Shown one piece after another: positions 1 through 13,045 of a stretch of 64,000 nt of DNA; position 1 is the stretch's first letter; each line of letters opens with the position of its first letter. The stretch lies in NCBI GenBank assembly GCA_030390025.1, contig CM059438.1:23932001-23996000 (forward strand), read 5' to 3'. The notes under the pieces were generated by a model. The model was not told where the DNA came from and searched no databases. It was given only the letters and a program-made list of their open reading frames with translations. The stretch comes from Squalus acanthias. Lineage: Eukaryota. Made by a program: the position numbers and the translations under genes.

Positions 1-467
1 TGGGAGTGTGTCCTATTGTCGCAAAATATCAGTTAAATTACCATTGGGCATTAATTACGTGAACTAAAGGCTGCAAGCTTTAGCAAATTATCAAAATACT
101 TTTTTTTTTTAATAATAGGTAGGGATCTGGATTGGCAGCATTTTATGGTGTCAAACCTTACTTCCCAGTCAGAGGAATTAAATATAAACCCCAATTTTAA
201 CTCGGGGCACAAATCGGGCAAGGAAAGCAGGAAGTTCCACATGAGTTTGCCAGCGTGAGGCCTGGGCGATTTTAACTCCCGATCCTCATTTCAATATGAC
301 TGACGGGCTGGCCACCCGATCGCGTCAGGAATCGGGCAGCCCCGCCCGCTTTGTGTATGCAATTTCTGGCAGGACTCCTGGGGCCTATTGAAAGCGGGAA
401 TGCAACTCTTACGGCGAAGTTGCACTGACTGAAGACAGGTGTCGTTCAAATACTGCTGCAAGGAGGG

Positions 468-1484
468 GAAGCTGAGAAATGTCAGAGTGCTGCCCCCTGG
501 TTTTCTGATGTCTCCTTGGAGGTCCTCGTGGAGACGGTCAAGGTACGGTTCCGCAGGACCTGTAGGAGCATCCCCGAGGTCACTATCCAGCAGGGCTGGA
601 CACAGGTGGCCGACGGGGTCAGTCCTGCAATATCACCCCCAAGAATCTGGCTTCAGTGTAGGAAGATGTTCGATAACCTCACAAGAGCAGTAAGGGTGAG
701 TACAGCTCTTCATCTCTACAGCTCTCTCAACAACACCTGACAACACTCCTTTCACATCCTCCCACCACTCAACAATTCCATCCCCTCTGTCGCATCCTTC
801 AACACACAATCACAAGGATGCACTGCAACACTTTTCTTTCTCTTTCCAAACACACTCACCTCATCCTTTCCTCTCTTCACACCACACACTAACAGCATTC
901 TCTTCTCACATCCTAGCACTTGCAGAACCAGCAACTCCTCCCAGGACTCCTTCCTCACTTGTCATTCCACATGCTTGGCTTTACATTCATCACCTCCCAA
1001 TCCTCATCAATCTTACTTATTCTTCAGCGCTCAGCACATGTACTATATACACAAGCCCTACACATCTCCACTTAACTTTTCATTAGCCAGTCACTAACTC
1101 TCACCCGATGTTTTTGCAGGACAAGACAGCGCATAATGCGAGGGAGAGGACCCAAGACTGGGGGGAGGAGCACACAGCATTATAGCCCTCACCCAAATGG
1201 AGCAGGAAGCCCTGTAGATTAATGTACTGGGCACAGCCCTGAGCATCGGGAAAGGTGAGGCTAGGGGCTTATCTGATCAGGGTGTCTACATATTACTTGC
1301 AATCCTTCATTCACCTCAACAAATATTCAGTAAGCTTCATAACTGCAAACTGCATCTGAAGATAGTTACGAGCTAACGTTCAGCCTCTCAGTGCCATCGT
1401 AATTCTTGTCCCTTCACCCTTTCATTGAGGTCCTTCTCAGCAGCAAAAGCCTCATGAAGACGACACCTCGGAGGAGGAGTCACA
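468..1484 (+). pseudogene. Harbinger Myb/SANT-like DNA-binding protein, three exon remnants (~468-695, 1120-1281, 1430-~1484)
   Basis: Exon 1 reads SAAPWFSDVSLEVLVETVK...GWTQVADGVS...RIWLQCRKMFDNLTRAVR then gtgagt at 696. Acceptor tttttgcag precedes DKTAHNARER (frameshift and TAG in exon 2). Exon 3 starts GPSQQQKPHEDDTSEEE. Matches the MSANTD/MYPOP-type trihelix pattern. Confidence 0.85.
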
Positions 1485-1732
1485 TGCTCCATACTTTGTA
1501 TAAACTTGCATGATCCTGTTTCTGTGATCATACACTGCCTGGGCATCAATGGAGTGGTAGTCTTTCCTATTCACGAATGCCGCTGGCTGGTGTTCTGGTG
1601 CCCTGATGGCAACGTGTGTGCAGTCAATGATGCCCTGGATGCGAGGGAAGCCAGTGACTGCTGCAAATCTCCGAGCTCCCTTGTGTGGACTGTTGGAGGG
1701 AGTCTCAATCCAAGGTGTTCTCATGCACCTCT
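1484..1732 (-). pseudogene. Harbinger (HARBI1-like) DDE transposase fragment
   Basis: ORF 1452..1790(-) contains GFPRIQGIIDCTHVAIRAP and FVNRKDYHSIDAQAVYDH, the GAIDCTH and NRKG.HS.N.Q motifs of PIF/Harbinger transposases. Confidence 0.92.
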
Positions 1733-3809
1733 TAGTGGTTCGGGTACAGTCAAGATACATACCCACGAGGGGGAAAAGTAGGGCAACCAAAGTCAGAGCT
1801 GGATGACGAAAGAGATAGCGAGTAAGATGAAGCAGAAAAAGAGTTCGTATGACAGATGTCAGGTTGAGAATACAAGTGCGAACCAGGCTGAATATAGAAA
1901 GTTCAGAGGGGAAGTGAAAAAGAAAATAAGAGGGGCAAAGAGAGAGTATGAGAATAGATTGACAGCTAACATAAAAGGGAATTCAAACGTCTTCTATAGG
2001 CATATAAATAGTAAACGGGTAGTAAGAGGAGGGGTGGGGCTGATTAGGGACCAAACAAAAGTTCTACGCATGGAGGCAGAGGGCATGGCTGAGGTATTAA
2101 ATGAGTACTTTGAATCTGTCTTTACCAAGGAAGAAGATGCTGCCAAAGTCATAGTGAAAGAGGAGGTAGTGGAGATACTGGATGGGATAAAAATTGATAA
2201 AGAGGAGGTACTAGAAAGGCTGGCTGTACTTAAAATAGATAAGTCACCAGGGCCGGATGAGATGCATCCTAGGATGCTGAGGGAAGTTAAGGTGGAAATT
2301 GCGGAGGTACTGGCCATAATCTTCCAATCCTCCTTAGATACAGGGGTGGTATCAGAGGACTGGAGAATTGCAAATGTTACACCCTTGTTCAAAAAAGAGT
2401 GTAAGGATAAACCCAGCAACTACAGGCCAGTCAGTTTAATCTCAGTAATGGGGAAGCTTTTAGAAACGATAACAGGGACAAAATTAACAGTCACTTGGAC
2501 AAGTGTGGATTAATTAAGGAAAGCCAGCATGGATTTGTTAAAGGCAAATCGTATTTAACTAACTTGATCGAGTTTTTTGATGCGGTAACAGAGAGGGTTG
2601 ATGAGGGCAATGCGGTTGACGTGGAGTACATGGACTTCCAAAAGGCGTTTGATAAAGTGCCACAAAATAGGCTTGCCAGCAAAGTTGAAGCCCATGGAAT
2701 AAAAGGGACAGTGGCAGCATGGATACGAAATTGGCTAAGTGACAGGAAACAGAGAGTAGTGGTGAACGGTTGTTTTTCGGACTGGAGGAAGGTATACAGT
2801 GGTGTTGCCCAGGGGTTGGTACTAGGACCACTGCTTTTCTTGATATATATTAATGACTTGCACTTGGGTGTACAGGGCACAGTTTCAAAATTTGCAGATG
2901 ACACAAAACTTGGAAGTATAGTGAACAGTGAGGAGGATAGGGATAGACTTCAAGAAGACAGAGACAGGCTGGTGAAATGGGCGGACCACGTGGCAGATGA
3001 AATTTAACGCAGAAAAGTGTGAAGTGATACATTTTGGTAGGAAGAACGAGGAGAGGCAATATAAACTAAAGGTACAATTCTAAAGGGGGTGCATGAACAG
3101 AGAGACCTGGGGGTATATGTGTACAAATCGTTGCAGGTGGCAGGGCAGGTTGAGAAAGCGGTTAAAAAAGTATATGGGATCCTAGGCTTCATAAATAGAG
3201 GCATATAGTACAAAAGCAAGGAAGTTATGATGAACCTTTATAAAACACTGGTTCAGCCTCAACTGGAGTATTGTGTCCAATTCTGGGCATCGCACTTTAG
3301 GAAGGATGTGAAGACCTTAGAGAGGGTGCAGAAAAGATTTACAAGAATGGTTCCAGGGATGAGGGACTTCAGTTACATGGATAGACCATAGAAGCTGGGG
3401 TTGTTCTCCTTGGAGTAGAGAAGGTTGAGAGGAGATTTGATAGAGGTGTTCAAAATCATGATGGGTCTAGACAGATTAGATAGAGAGATGCAGTTCCCAT
3501 TGGCGGAAGGGTCAAGAACCAGAGGACACAGATTTAAGGTGATTGGCAAAAGAACCAAAGACATGAGGACAAACTTTTTTACGCAGTGAGTGGTTAGGAT
3601 CTGGAATGCACTGCCTGAAAGGGTGGTGGAGGCAGACTTAATCGTGGCTTTCAAAAGGAAATTGGATAAGTACCTGAAGGAAAAAAATGTGCAGGGCTAC
3701 GGGGAAAGGGCGGGGGAGTGGGACTAGCAGAAGTGCTCTTGCAGAGAGCCGGCACGGGCTTGATGGGCCGAATGGCCTCCTTCTGTGCTGTAACCATTCT
3801 ATGATTCTA
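1733..3809 (+). mobile_element. CR1 LINE, 5'-truncated ORF2 (reverse transcriptase) plus 3' UTR
   Basis: [46 protein letters not shown] and KFADDTK motifs over frameshifted ORFs 1803-2513 and 2495-3007; ends in attctatgattcta at 3796-3809. Confidence 0.97.
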
Positions 3810-4585
3810 AAATGGCAACCCTGGAGCCCCAGCATCAAGCTTTCTGACTGCTATTTCAACAGGGTAATAATGATGTATGATGGGAAGGGGGAAGAGAAAG
3901 GAACTTAAAGGGGAGAACAGTAGTTTCTCTTTTAAGAATAGAATGAGCAATAGGAGGATACAAAAATAAGTTAACAATCCAGAAATCAACCTAAATTATT
4001 CCAGTTGATAACTTATCTAAAATTGTGCACTGCATAGTGGCAAATATTTCAAGAGCTTTACTCCACTTAAAATCTTTGTTGTCACTAACAGAAGTTCTCC
4101 AAACTTTAATTGCCTGCAGCAGCAAAATATTACTAATTGCCTAACACACCGCCTGTGCTCAGTTGCTATGACATTAGGAAAATATTTGCCTGGACAAATC
4201 TCCACATTCAGCACTTTCATCATTTTTGGGAGTTGCCAGTAAAAGGAAACACTAATTATTAAAATACTTCAAATAATAATGTACAATATGTACAGTGTCC
4301 AGCAATGGTGGGAGAGGGTAAAATGCCCAGCAAGAGGAAACAATATAAAAAGAGACAAAAATAGTTAGCATTTGATGATAAAAACACTGAGTTAGCACAA
4401 ATAACAAAATCCAAATAGGGAAAGTCCTTTCCAGAAATAAACTAGTTAGAAAAGTTAATAACTACACGCAGCAGACTTTAGTAAAACAAAGTTCCCACTA
4501 GCATGTCAAACCTATCCGGATTTAATTAATTTAAAATCAGATCCCCATTAATTGTTGGGAGCTATTTAAATTTAAGATAGTTAAA

Positions 4586-5202
4586 TTGTGTAAATTTGTT
4601 GGTACCTGGTTCCGATGACGATAGGGCCGCAAAGCGCACCCAAACCAGGAGGCCCGAGGCCGGTCCAAAACTGGGCAAGCTGCCAGTGGCCTTCGCGTCT
4701 CCAGGGGCAACTCACCCATTTGAAGAAATGAAAATCGGGCTGCTTGCCTTGTCGGCAGCGGCCCAAAGTTAAATCCTGGGGGAGGGGGAGGAGCGGCAAC
4801 AGGGGGTGGTGGTCAGGAGACTGTGGGGTTCAGAGGAGCACTCTGCTCCTCCCAGCACCACAGCAATGCTTTTTTTTAAAAAAAACGTACCCTTTGTTGA
4901 TGGTCGCCCAGCGACTGCTTAAGTAACCCTAAGAGGAACGGGTCAGGCTCTTGCATATCTGTAATATCAAATTTAGCAGCGGGGGCACAAAACAGACGTT
5001 AGGCCCCTTCCGTATGTAAATGAGGGGTGTAACGATTGTTTAAACGGCGCCAGGGACACCTGAAAAATCACACAACTAGGCGTCCTGGGCGCGTCTTTCA
5101 GACATCCTTTGACTGCGGGACATTGTTGGCCCACAAAATAGGCCCTCGTCACACCCATTTTACGCCTGTAAAACGAGCACATCAAGGTCGAATTTCTACC
5201 CC
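4586..5202. mobile_element. Non-autonomous GC-rich DNA element (Harbinger-type MITE)
   Basis: Ends ttgtgtaaattt... and ...gaatttctacccc. Both ends align in reverse orientation with the element at 31745-32330. Confidence 0.7.
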
Positions 5203-7128
5203 ACATTATCCATTTCTTGTTGACTTATACTGGTTACATTGAAGTATTTGATATGTTTTACAAAATCCTTCCCTTTATATAATCCCTCCCAAATTGCTAT
5301 AGATAGTTTGTGGATAAAGTCAGCTTAAAAAAAGGCGTCAAAGATCAGCACTTTTTTTTTTAAGTACTAAATACAGGGAACCTCAAAGCAAAGATAGCAA
5401 GGATGTCAGATCTGATGCAAATTCATAATACTTCCACATTCTCGGCAGGGCTCAATAGAAAAATGAATGCCGCTCCTTCAAGACAAATGTTTTTAGATGG
5501 TACAAGACTGCAGGTCGTGTTTTTCAGGGCTGTTTTGCAAGTACAGTCAAGCAGATATCGACCCCTGACATTTGAACCCAACTCACCTCCGAGGTCTCTA
5601 CAACTGGCAAATAACCCGCTGGGGATCCTGGAGGAAACATGTCAGCTCCACTGTGTCACGTTCCTGCTCAGACACAAATAGCACCAACAGCAATACAAGG
5701 TATAAATCCATAGCCCGACTTTCATTTCCTGTTAGCAGAGCTGGGACTTTCACAGGAAACCATAATATAAAACAAGCAAATGTATGAATCAGTATTTCCT
5801 TGTTGGAAAACAAGATGGTGACAGTGCTGATCAAAATGTGCAGTAAAGACAACAACTGTATTTGTAACTGAACAAAATCTGGAAAAACTTTTTTTTAAAC
5901 TTAACTTCTGAAAGGGTTAAAGAGAGACCGGGGGCTACTACACTCTTTAAAGAGGTTTATTTGTCTTGAGCATCATACTCCTGGCTGCTGATTGCTTCCA
6001 CATATCAAACACAACAGATGGATTAAGTAGCAAATGATTAAAGAGATGTGCAGCCTGCAAGGGTTTTACTTATAGTAGGCGAAGACTATTCTGGCTTTGT
6101 TAAAATGAAACCTCAAATGCTGAAATATACCGTGACTGCACGATTTTAAGTCTGTTTTTAGCACACTGGAGAAACCTGTACAAAAGAGTGACATTAACAT
6201 TTCCCAAATCCTGGGAATATAATTACATGGGTTGGCATCGCTCACCTTAAAATGCTACAAACCTCAAACTATTGCTACAATCAGGACGTTTGCAGTTTTT
6301 AAAAGCATAATTTGAAATTCAGGAACAGCATTTAAACTGGTATACTTAAAAATGGAACCAAGCAAGTCATTGCATGCACTGCCTAGCTACTGTATTTAAA
6401 AATTCCCTGGTGCTGGGATTTATTTAGACTTTTAAGTTAATTCTGTATTAATGTACAGGTATGGGCACAATTATGGGCAGTTTTATCTTACTAATAAAGA
6501 GCTTTCAGGGAAGCCCCTAGGACATTAGGCAGAAGGTACCTATAGGGCTGTTAAGCACAGCATGCTTAATCAGTTCCACTGGGATACATAATTAATCCTG
6601 CAATGGTAGGACCTAATAACCCAAGAGCCACTGCCTTACTCACAACACAGCCAAATTGGGTTCAAATTTACCTAATTGTTTGATCACAAGCTCTGTGGTA
6701 ACGTCTACCAGTGCACTACAAACTGAATGGAGTATATAAATGAATCAGTTTACAAAAAATAGTGCATCACCAGAACACTCACTTTTCACATTTCAAATTT
6801 TGTTATCATTCATTATGTAAACGTATGAATCCGTTGTGTGATGTACAGTGAATACAATTCCTGCCAAACTTAATCAAAACCTGCTGGTTTTTTTTTGTTG
6901 CAAATTGTTCAGTCTAACAATAGGATTTGAACAGGATGAAGTGCCCAGGAAGATATTCAGGGTTTAACCTCGGGGTCATGGGCCTGCAGTCAAGCCACGA
7001 ATTCAACAATCTCATCTGGTGGGTAGGGACTCAGCAGAACGAGAACCTCCCACGATGAAGGAGACAGTATGAGTCAAGGTTAAGCTGCCTGGCGCAAGAT
7101 CTTAGAATACGATAAGTGAATTGCTTAC

Positions 7129-7173
7129 AGAATCGGTAAAAGTTGCTCATCTTTTCGAATAGGTCGGGGAAAC
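7129..7173 (-). other. Candidate 45-nt host exon
   Basis: Minus strand attctag|GTTTCCCCGACCTATTCGAAAAGATGAGCAACTTTTACCGATTCT|gtaagc. CpG-retaining; two open frames (FPRPIRKDEQLLPI or FPDLFEKMSNFYRF); an alternative AG lies 11 nt upstream. Protein not recognised. Confidence 0.3.
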
Positions 7174-7865
7174 CTAGAATACCACTAAAAATTGTTAAGA
7201 CTCCTCTGTACGGGGATGTGACTTTCCAGTGCAAGATTCATAAGCACGAGGAGGGAGATGCAGAGGTAAATGCAAAGATAAGTAGCTACAGAATGTACTT
7301 TGTGTTCTACCACCATCAACATTTTCCATATCTTTACAAACGCCTCTCTTATCACAACGCAATAACAAACTGCACAAGTAAAAAATATAAATAATCAGGA
7401 AAGGTAGGCGCATCACTGAGATCGGATCCTAGCTTGCACAAGTAAAAAATGTTTATAAAAAGACTGTAAAAGGGAGTGAGGCAGGAAAACTGACCACATC
7501 CCTTCAGTTAAAGAAAGCAGGTAACGCCTCCACTTGGCAAACGGTTGTTGGCTTGGCCTTGTTCTACCTAAGGAAATAAGTTGATTTTTTATGAGCTTTT
7601 ATGTTATGATTCTTATGGCAGAGAGGGATTCTCTCCAGTAAGACAATATCCAACATTTCTTTCAGCCAATCTGTGTACTTAGTAACACACAGCGTCTTCT
7701 CCAGCTGTGTAAAAGTGTCTTGAGGGCCACTAAGAATCTCATAAACAGTAATCACACATTATTGCCTGCTCCACTATCCAAGTCCGAGTCTCGTGGTATC
7801 CCCGGGTGAATGAAGGATTTTACTAGGCATTTTGAGAAAGGTGGAAAGCAAATCAAAGACCTCTC

Positions 7866-7880
7866 CCGCCAGATGGTAGC
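7866..7880 (+). promoter_or_regulatory. Candidate CTCF site
   Basis: CCGCCAGATGGTAGC fits the CCRSYAGRKGGYRS core. Motif match only. Confidence 0.3.
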
Positions 7881-9222
7881 CTCCATCAGCCTCAGAAGGC
7901 CTGGCCTGCCCCTCTGTCCTGCAGAGCCTGACAGGCATAAACAACGCCACCCTTTAAAAACAGATGTCACATTACATACTGCTGCACTGAGCCATGCAAT
8001 AAGATTGGATTTCAAGAGGCCTTGAGGGTTATTCCCAACTACCTCATTCAGCTGCAGGGTTTTCCCTCTGACAAGTCACGAGGCTATAAAGAGTTAGCGT
8101 AGCGGCTCTCTGGGAGCAAGAGCAGAAGCAATCTTCGGCAGAAGAAAACCACAGTGTCCCCTTCAAGATATTAATACAGGATCAGCTCACTGTACTTGCC
8201 AAAGGACTGCAGACATGTGACTACAAGACCAACAGTAAGCAGCTTGTTTATCTGACTTCCAGCCAGAAGTACTCTCAAACTATAAATAGGCTGGATCAGT
8301 CCCAATGCTCAGACTTTAATTGAACTGAAAGGTAACAAAGCCTAAAATGATTTACAGAAGACTCCTTGAGCATTCTTTACAAATACAACAATCTAACTTT
8401 TTAAAAACACATTCCCATTTGAAAGGAAAATTTCATTGCTTGTAGAACCTAACAAAAAATGCCTGACAGGCTTGCTTTTCTAACATCCTACAGAACATTT
8501 CAGATCCACGCAGAATTTTAAAACAATTCCCGCAGGACCCGGGAGCATCATTTATTTTGTGTGTGAAACGTGTAGGATTGCACAATATCTCATGAATCTC
8601 AATAGGTTCCAACTGCAACATCTTTTAATTTTTGACAATGAACAGTGCGTCATGTAACGCAAGATACCAACCTGATCCAAACGCAATATGCAAATGAGGC
8701 ATCCCGTTATGTTTAAAATCCACTGCAATTTACGAAACCACAGACTGCAACCCTTTGTGGTCTGTGACAGAGCCATAAAATTCTATAATACAATACTTAT
8801 TAGATATTCCCATAAGATTCGGAATACTTATACAAGGTAGTTGTAGATTTTTAACAACAAAAAATTGCCATTTATTTTGACTTTACTTCCTCCCATAATA
8901 ATTTTCAATAATTTTTTAAAAAACTTTTAATGACATATCATATATCAAACTCCATGGTGCATCACCAATGGCAGAGGTCACCTTGACTCAAATTCAGTGA
9001 CAGATATGGGGATTTGGATCGTAATGCGTCTATACCATGGAGGGCAATCTGGGCATTGGGGGGGAACGAGGGGGAGGGGGGGAAGAAATAGATAGTCATA
9101 CAGATGTAGAATACCTGTAGAATCTATCCAAATGGTGGGCCTGGCAGAGGAGAATTCCTTCTTTTTTCAAATCAGCGATGTGTTTTTAACATGGTTAAGC
9201 AATGCCCATCGCTAATAGCATT

Positions 9223-9572
9223 CATAAGAATGTAAGAACATAAGAATTAGGAGCAGGAGTAGGCCATACGGCCCCCCCGAGCCTGCTCCACCATTCAATA
9301 AGATCATGGCTGGATCTTCGACCTCAACTCCACTTTCCCGCCCGATCCCCATATCCCTTGATTCCCCTAGAGTCCAAAAATCTATCTCTCTCAGCCTTGA
9401 ATATAATCAACGATTCAGCATCCACAGCCCTTTGGAGTAGAGAATTCCAAAGATTCACAACCCTCTGAGTAAAGAAATTCCTCCTCATCTCAATCTTAAA
9501 TGGCCGACCCCTTATCCTGAGACTATGACCCCTGGTTCTAGACTCTCCAGCCAGGGGAAACAACCTCGCAGC
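9223..9572 (-). mobile_element. CR1 LINE 3' end
   Basis: Minus strand encodes LFPLAGESRTRGHSLRIRGRPF...RRNFFTQRVVNLWNSL; cataagaa repeats are the reverse complement of the tail. Confidence 0.93.
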
Positions 9573-9724
9573 ATTTTCCTTCAGGAAAAACAGCTCCTTT
9601 AATAACACAGCTGTCATTATAGTAAAAGTAAGATTTATAACTTGAAAGTTTGGCAGAGGAGTATAGTATTGTTGGCCTAGACCATGTGTTGCTTTTAGTT
9701 TTGTTCCCCTCACCAACTTTCTGC

Positions 9725-10095
9725 CCTCTTCTGAAGGCACGGATTCCTTGCTGGGTGACCGATCCACAGGTGATCCTCTCACTCCAGTAGCTCAACGGAG
9801 TAGCCATGCGAGTCTTGACAGTGAAGCTCAGCAAGCTATTTTGCCACAGGGAGCATCACACACACACACACACACACTTACTTCTAGCCAGGGTCATTGG
9901 ACAATGATCATGAGTGGGAATGGTGACCAAATCTCCTCTCCTTAACCCGGGGCACTGAAGCTGATCTTAGTGCTCCTGCCACCAGCCTAGCTGAGATCAG
10001 CTAACAACACAGAGCAGGGATTGAACCTGGGCTCTTCCTGGTCGCTATGGCTCAGATACTTACTCATTAGATAAGTTCAGTGCCATCGGGGAAGC
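9725..10095 (-). mobile_element. AmnSINE2-like tRNA-derived SINE
   Basis: Reverse complement of the family also at 10190, 26940, 55330 and 62262 (gctgagatcagctaac, gggattgaacctggg B-box-like); internal (CA)n. Family name is from recalled resemblance. Confidence 0.65.
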
Positions 10096-10189
10096 CCTGT
10101 GCAGCTTTTATTTTGAGTATTGAACTTTTTTTCTCTCGAGATCAGTGGATTACCCCTCCCAGCCCCCTGTGATAACCTTTGTGAGTTAT

Positions 10190-10570
10190 AGTGTGAGAAT
10201 CAGCCAAACAACCAAGACCATCCTAGCTTTCATTCTAAGTTAGCTGCAGTCAAGCAAGGAACAGTGGGGGGGGGGGGGCGGGGGGTGCAGGAGGGAGTTA
10301 GAACTGGGCTCAGGACCTCAGGCTGGGAACGGGGTGAAGAATCAGCCAGCTTCCTGGCCCTGATGACTAGTCACGACTCTTGCTGTCAATGGACGCGAGG
10401 GTATTGGGTGAGGACGGGATCGACTTCGGTTGTGATGCTCCCAGCACTCGGACAGCCCGCTGACACTCACCATCAAAGTTCACGTGTGAATAATGTCACT
10501 CGACTGACCCTACCTGTGGAATAGTACTCCGGCAGGACCTGCTGCCTATAAGAACTTTCACATTTTTACA
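10190..10570 (+). mobile_element. AmnSINE2-like SINE
   Basis: aatcagccag...gggtgaggacgggatcg...gtgatgctccc...ctgacactcac blocks shared with other copies in the window. Confidence 0.65.
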
Positions 10571-10865
10571 CTCTGGGACTGTCGGCAGCACAGAGGCACA
10601 GCACACTGAAGAATTGTTACGGTGCAGGTCTGTAGCCATAGTTGCTGCCCCGAGTTACCAATATCAACTGTGCTGTTGCTGGGAAGCTCAGAGTCAAGTT
10701 CAGGTACTTCTCAAGAGGAAGGCGGGGCGAATTCGAGCAGCAGGCCACTCGTACGCCTTCAAGTGGCTAGCTCCACAGCAACATTGGTGGAGAGCAGGGG
10801 TAGGTCACCTGCCTAACCTCTCAGCTGGAAAAGGTGATTGGAATGGAGAAACCTCAAGTTAAATT

Positions 10866-10899
10866 GGGGGGCGGGGGCGGGGGCGGGGGCGGGGGGGGG
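10866..10899 (+). repeat. G-rich (GGGGC)n tract, G-quadruplex-capable
   Basis: Five runs of four or more G separated by single C. Confidence 0.7.
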
Positions 10900-11644
10900 A
10901 AGGAAAGGGGGAAAGAAATGTAAAAATCTCTCATTTGGGGCTTTCACTTTACCCAATCTTCAAAACAAAGTCAGGTATGTCCAGAATTAAAGCTGCAGGT
11001 CTCACATTGCAACCCGAGATCAACCTCAATGGTAGGTCTCATACCAACAAGTTAGACTACGGCTCATCATTGCGTACCTCCGTTTTTGAAGTCTGCATAC
11101 ACAAATATATATTGCACATCTTTTTTCACCCAAAATGTGAGTTTTCAGTAGAGCTGCCCACTTGTATAAACAACGAACTTCCACATTTATCTACCTAGTT
11201 TATGGTATCAGACCCCAATGTAAACTAAGCTCGCACCCATGCTGCATTACATATTCAGGCCTGGCGATGCACTAACATCTGGCCACCTCAGGTCCCAGAT
11301 GTGCAGTAGATAGTATTACGTGCACTCTCCGTCAGTGGACACAAGGTCATCATGAACTGCTGCTTTCAATACTCCCCCCCCCCCTTGTGCTGATTACTAA
11401 AAGCTGATGTGCGGCCCATATAGCGTCATTCAATGATAAGAAACAAGCTCCACTGTATCTTCTCTTGTTGTTGCCTTTTCCAAATAATCAGTGTGCACTC
11501 ACTCTCAGTTTGTACGTGTATACAAACTCGTTTTTGTTTGCTGTCTATGCTTTCTAAAAGTTTATTCGGACTTTCCAGCCCAGGGAAAATTTTCTGAGGT
11601 TGAAGATTCAGCTAACTGGCAAGGATGTGAGGTGTAGCAAGTTA

Positions 11645-11870
11645 CCATAGAGGTTTACAACACAGAAGGAGGCCATTGGGTCCATCATGTCTGTGCCGGC
11701 TCTTTGCCAGAGAAAGCTGAAATTAATCCCACTGCTCGCACTCTCCCATAGCCTTAAATCTTCCTCTGCTTCAAATGTTTATCCTATTTTCCCTTAAAAG
11801 GTGCAATGGCCTCTGTGTCGACCACTCCCTATGGCAAATCATTCCAAGCTCTCTGTCTAAAGAAATTTGA
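11645..11870 (-). mobile_element. CR1 LINE 3' end, diverged
   Basis: acaacacagaaggaggccatt is the reverse complement of the aatggcctccttctgtgctgt 3' UTR at ~3772-3792. Confidence 0.8.
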
Positions 11871-12616
11871 GTGCCGGGGGGATGGGGAGTCAGGGATGTT
11901 TTCAGCTCCCAGGAGCTTTGTTATTTTGCTTAATACAAAATATACCACTAAACTTAAATTAGGTGATGGTTCAGAAGTGAGGGCGAGTTGGAAGGTCTCA
12001 TTATATATACCATTTGAGTATTTAATTCTGGTTCAAGTCCGTTACAATATTTCCCCAACAGTAAATCTTCCAGCAGAATGAACTAGATAAAGCCCATAAT
12101 TACCTCATTAAATATTTATTCTAATGGAATTATATTAAAAAAAACACCTGAATTTAAAGGTCGAAGAACTATTTATACCTGCAGAAGAATCATAAAAATG
12201 CTCTCAGTGCATTGCTCTATTTTCAAGACTAAAAGCAAACATATTCTTAAATGCAGTTACTCTGTTCGCAGCTCTTCTGAAAATTAAATTAATGGAGTGT
12301 GAATGTCTTTTTTTTGTCCAGTAGGTCAGTAAATACATGAACAAAAAACATTTTAGGTTCCACATTTGTCTCCTGTTGTGTCTGTGCAACAACACATGAT
12401 CAGTTCGATGAGTGCAAGGGGCTTTTCATTCGTTCCGCCAGTGTCGAATGTACAGCCGTTAAAACAGGGCTGAATTTGGTAAGGGCAGTTATGTGGGTTT
12501 CTCGGTATAAATGAGGTATCAGAGGCCTCCATTTGAATAAACTTAGGCTGCATTTATTACCGAGTTTCCTCCGACGCAACAGACAATGCAGCAAACATAA
12601 ATGCTGCAAATCGCTG

Positions 12617-12628
12617 GCCGCCATTTTG
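12617..12628. promoter_or_regulatory. YY1 consensus site in a CpG-retaining unique block (~12400-12700)
   Basis: Exact GCCGCCATTTTG. Confidence 0.4.
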
Positions 12629-12859
12629 TTCTGGAAGCTGACAGGCTGAGCCTGTAGCCCACCCATACAGGCCAGAACAATGTGCTTTTTACAATACTGT
12701 CCTGCATAGACCTCAACCCCCGCAAATCTTCAGCAGAAAACTTAAGTCATAATGCACTGCTGTTTGATGTTGCTCTGAGTTCTAACCTGCAATGTAAATA
12801 GGATGAGCTTGGAGTGCCAGCATCCCTAACACATTGCAGCCAGGGGAATAGCCAACAAC

Positions 12860-13045
12860 TAAAACAGATGATCGGGTCATTTATCTCATTGCTGTTTGTG
12901 GGACCTTGCTGTGCGCAAACTGGCTGCCACATTTCCTACATTACAACAGTGACTACACTTCAATAATACTTCATTGGTTGTAAAGGGCTTTGGGCCTTCT
13001 TGAGGCCATTAAAGGTGCTATATAAATGCAAGTCTTTCTTTTTAA
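12860..13045 (+). mobile_element. Deu-domain SINE (SacSINE1-like), 3' part
   Basis: ttgctgtttgtgggaccttgctgtgcgcaaa...acattacaacagtgactacacttcaa...tataaatgcaagtctttcttt; aligns with the full copy at 59140. Confidence 0.85.

Larger units (their letters stand above)
188..1732. mobile_element. PIF/Harbinger DNA transposon remnant (copy A), truncated on the right by a CR1 LINE
   Basis: GC-rich subterminal segment (~190-420), spliced Myb/SANT gene on +, DDE transposase fragment on -, in the same convergent layout as copies B and C. Left boundary approximate; no right TIR found. Confidence 0.85.

Noticed and set aside
1452-1790. Host HARBI1 gene
   Set aside because: It is only a short catalytic fragment fused to Myb and CR1 sequence inside a decayed transposon.
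1994-2904. Long minus-strand ORFs (also 44648-45154)
   Set aside because: Antisense shadows of CR1 ORF2.
1803-3007. Functional reverse transcriptase gene
   Set aside because: 5'-truncated, with no endonuclease domain, frameshifts near 2490 and 3000 and a downstream in-frame stop.
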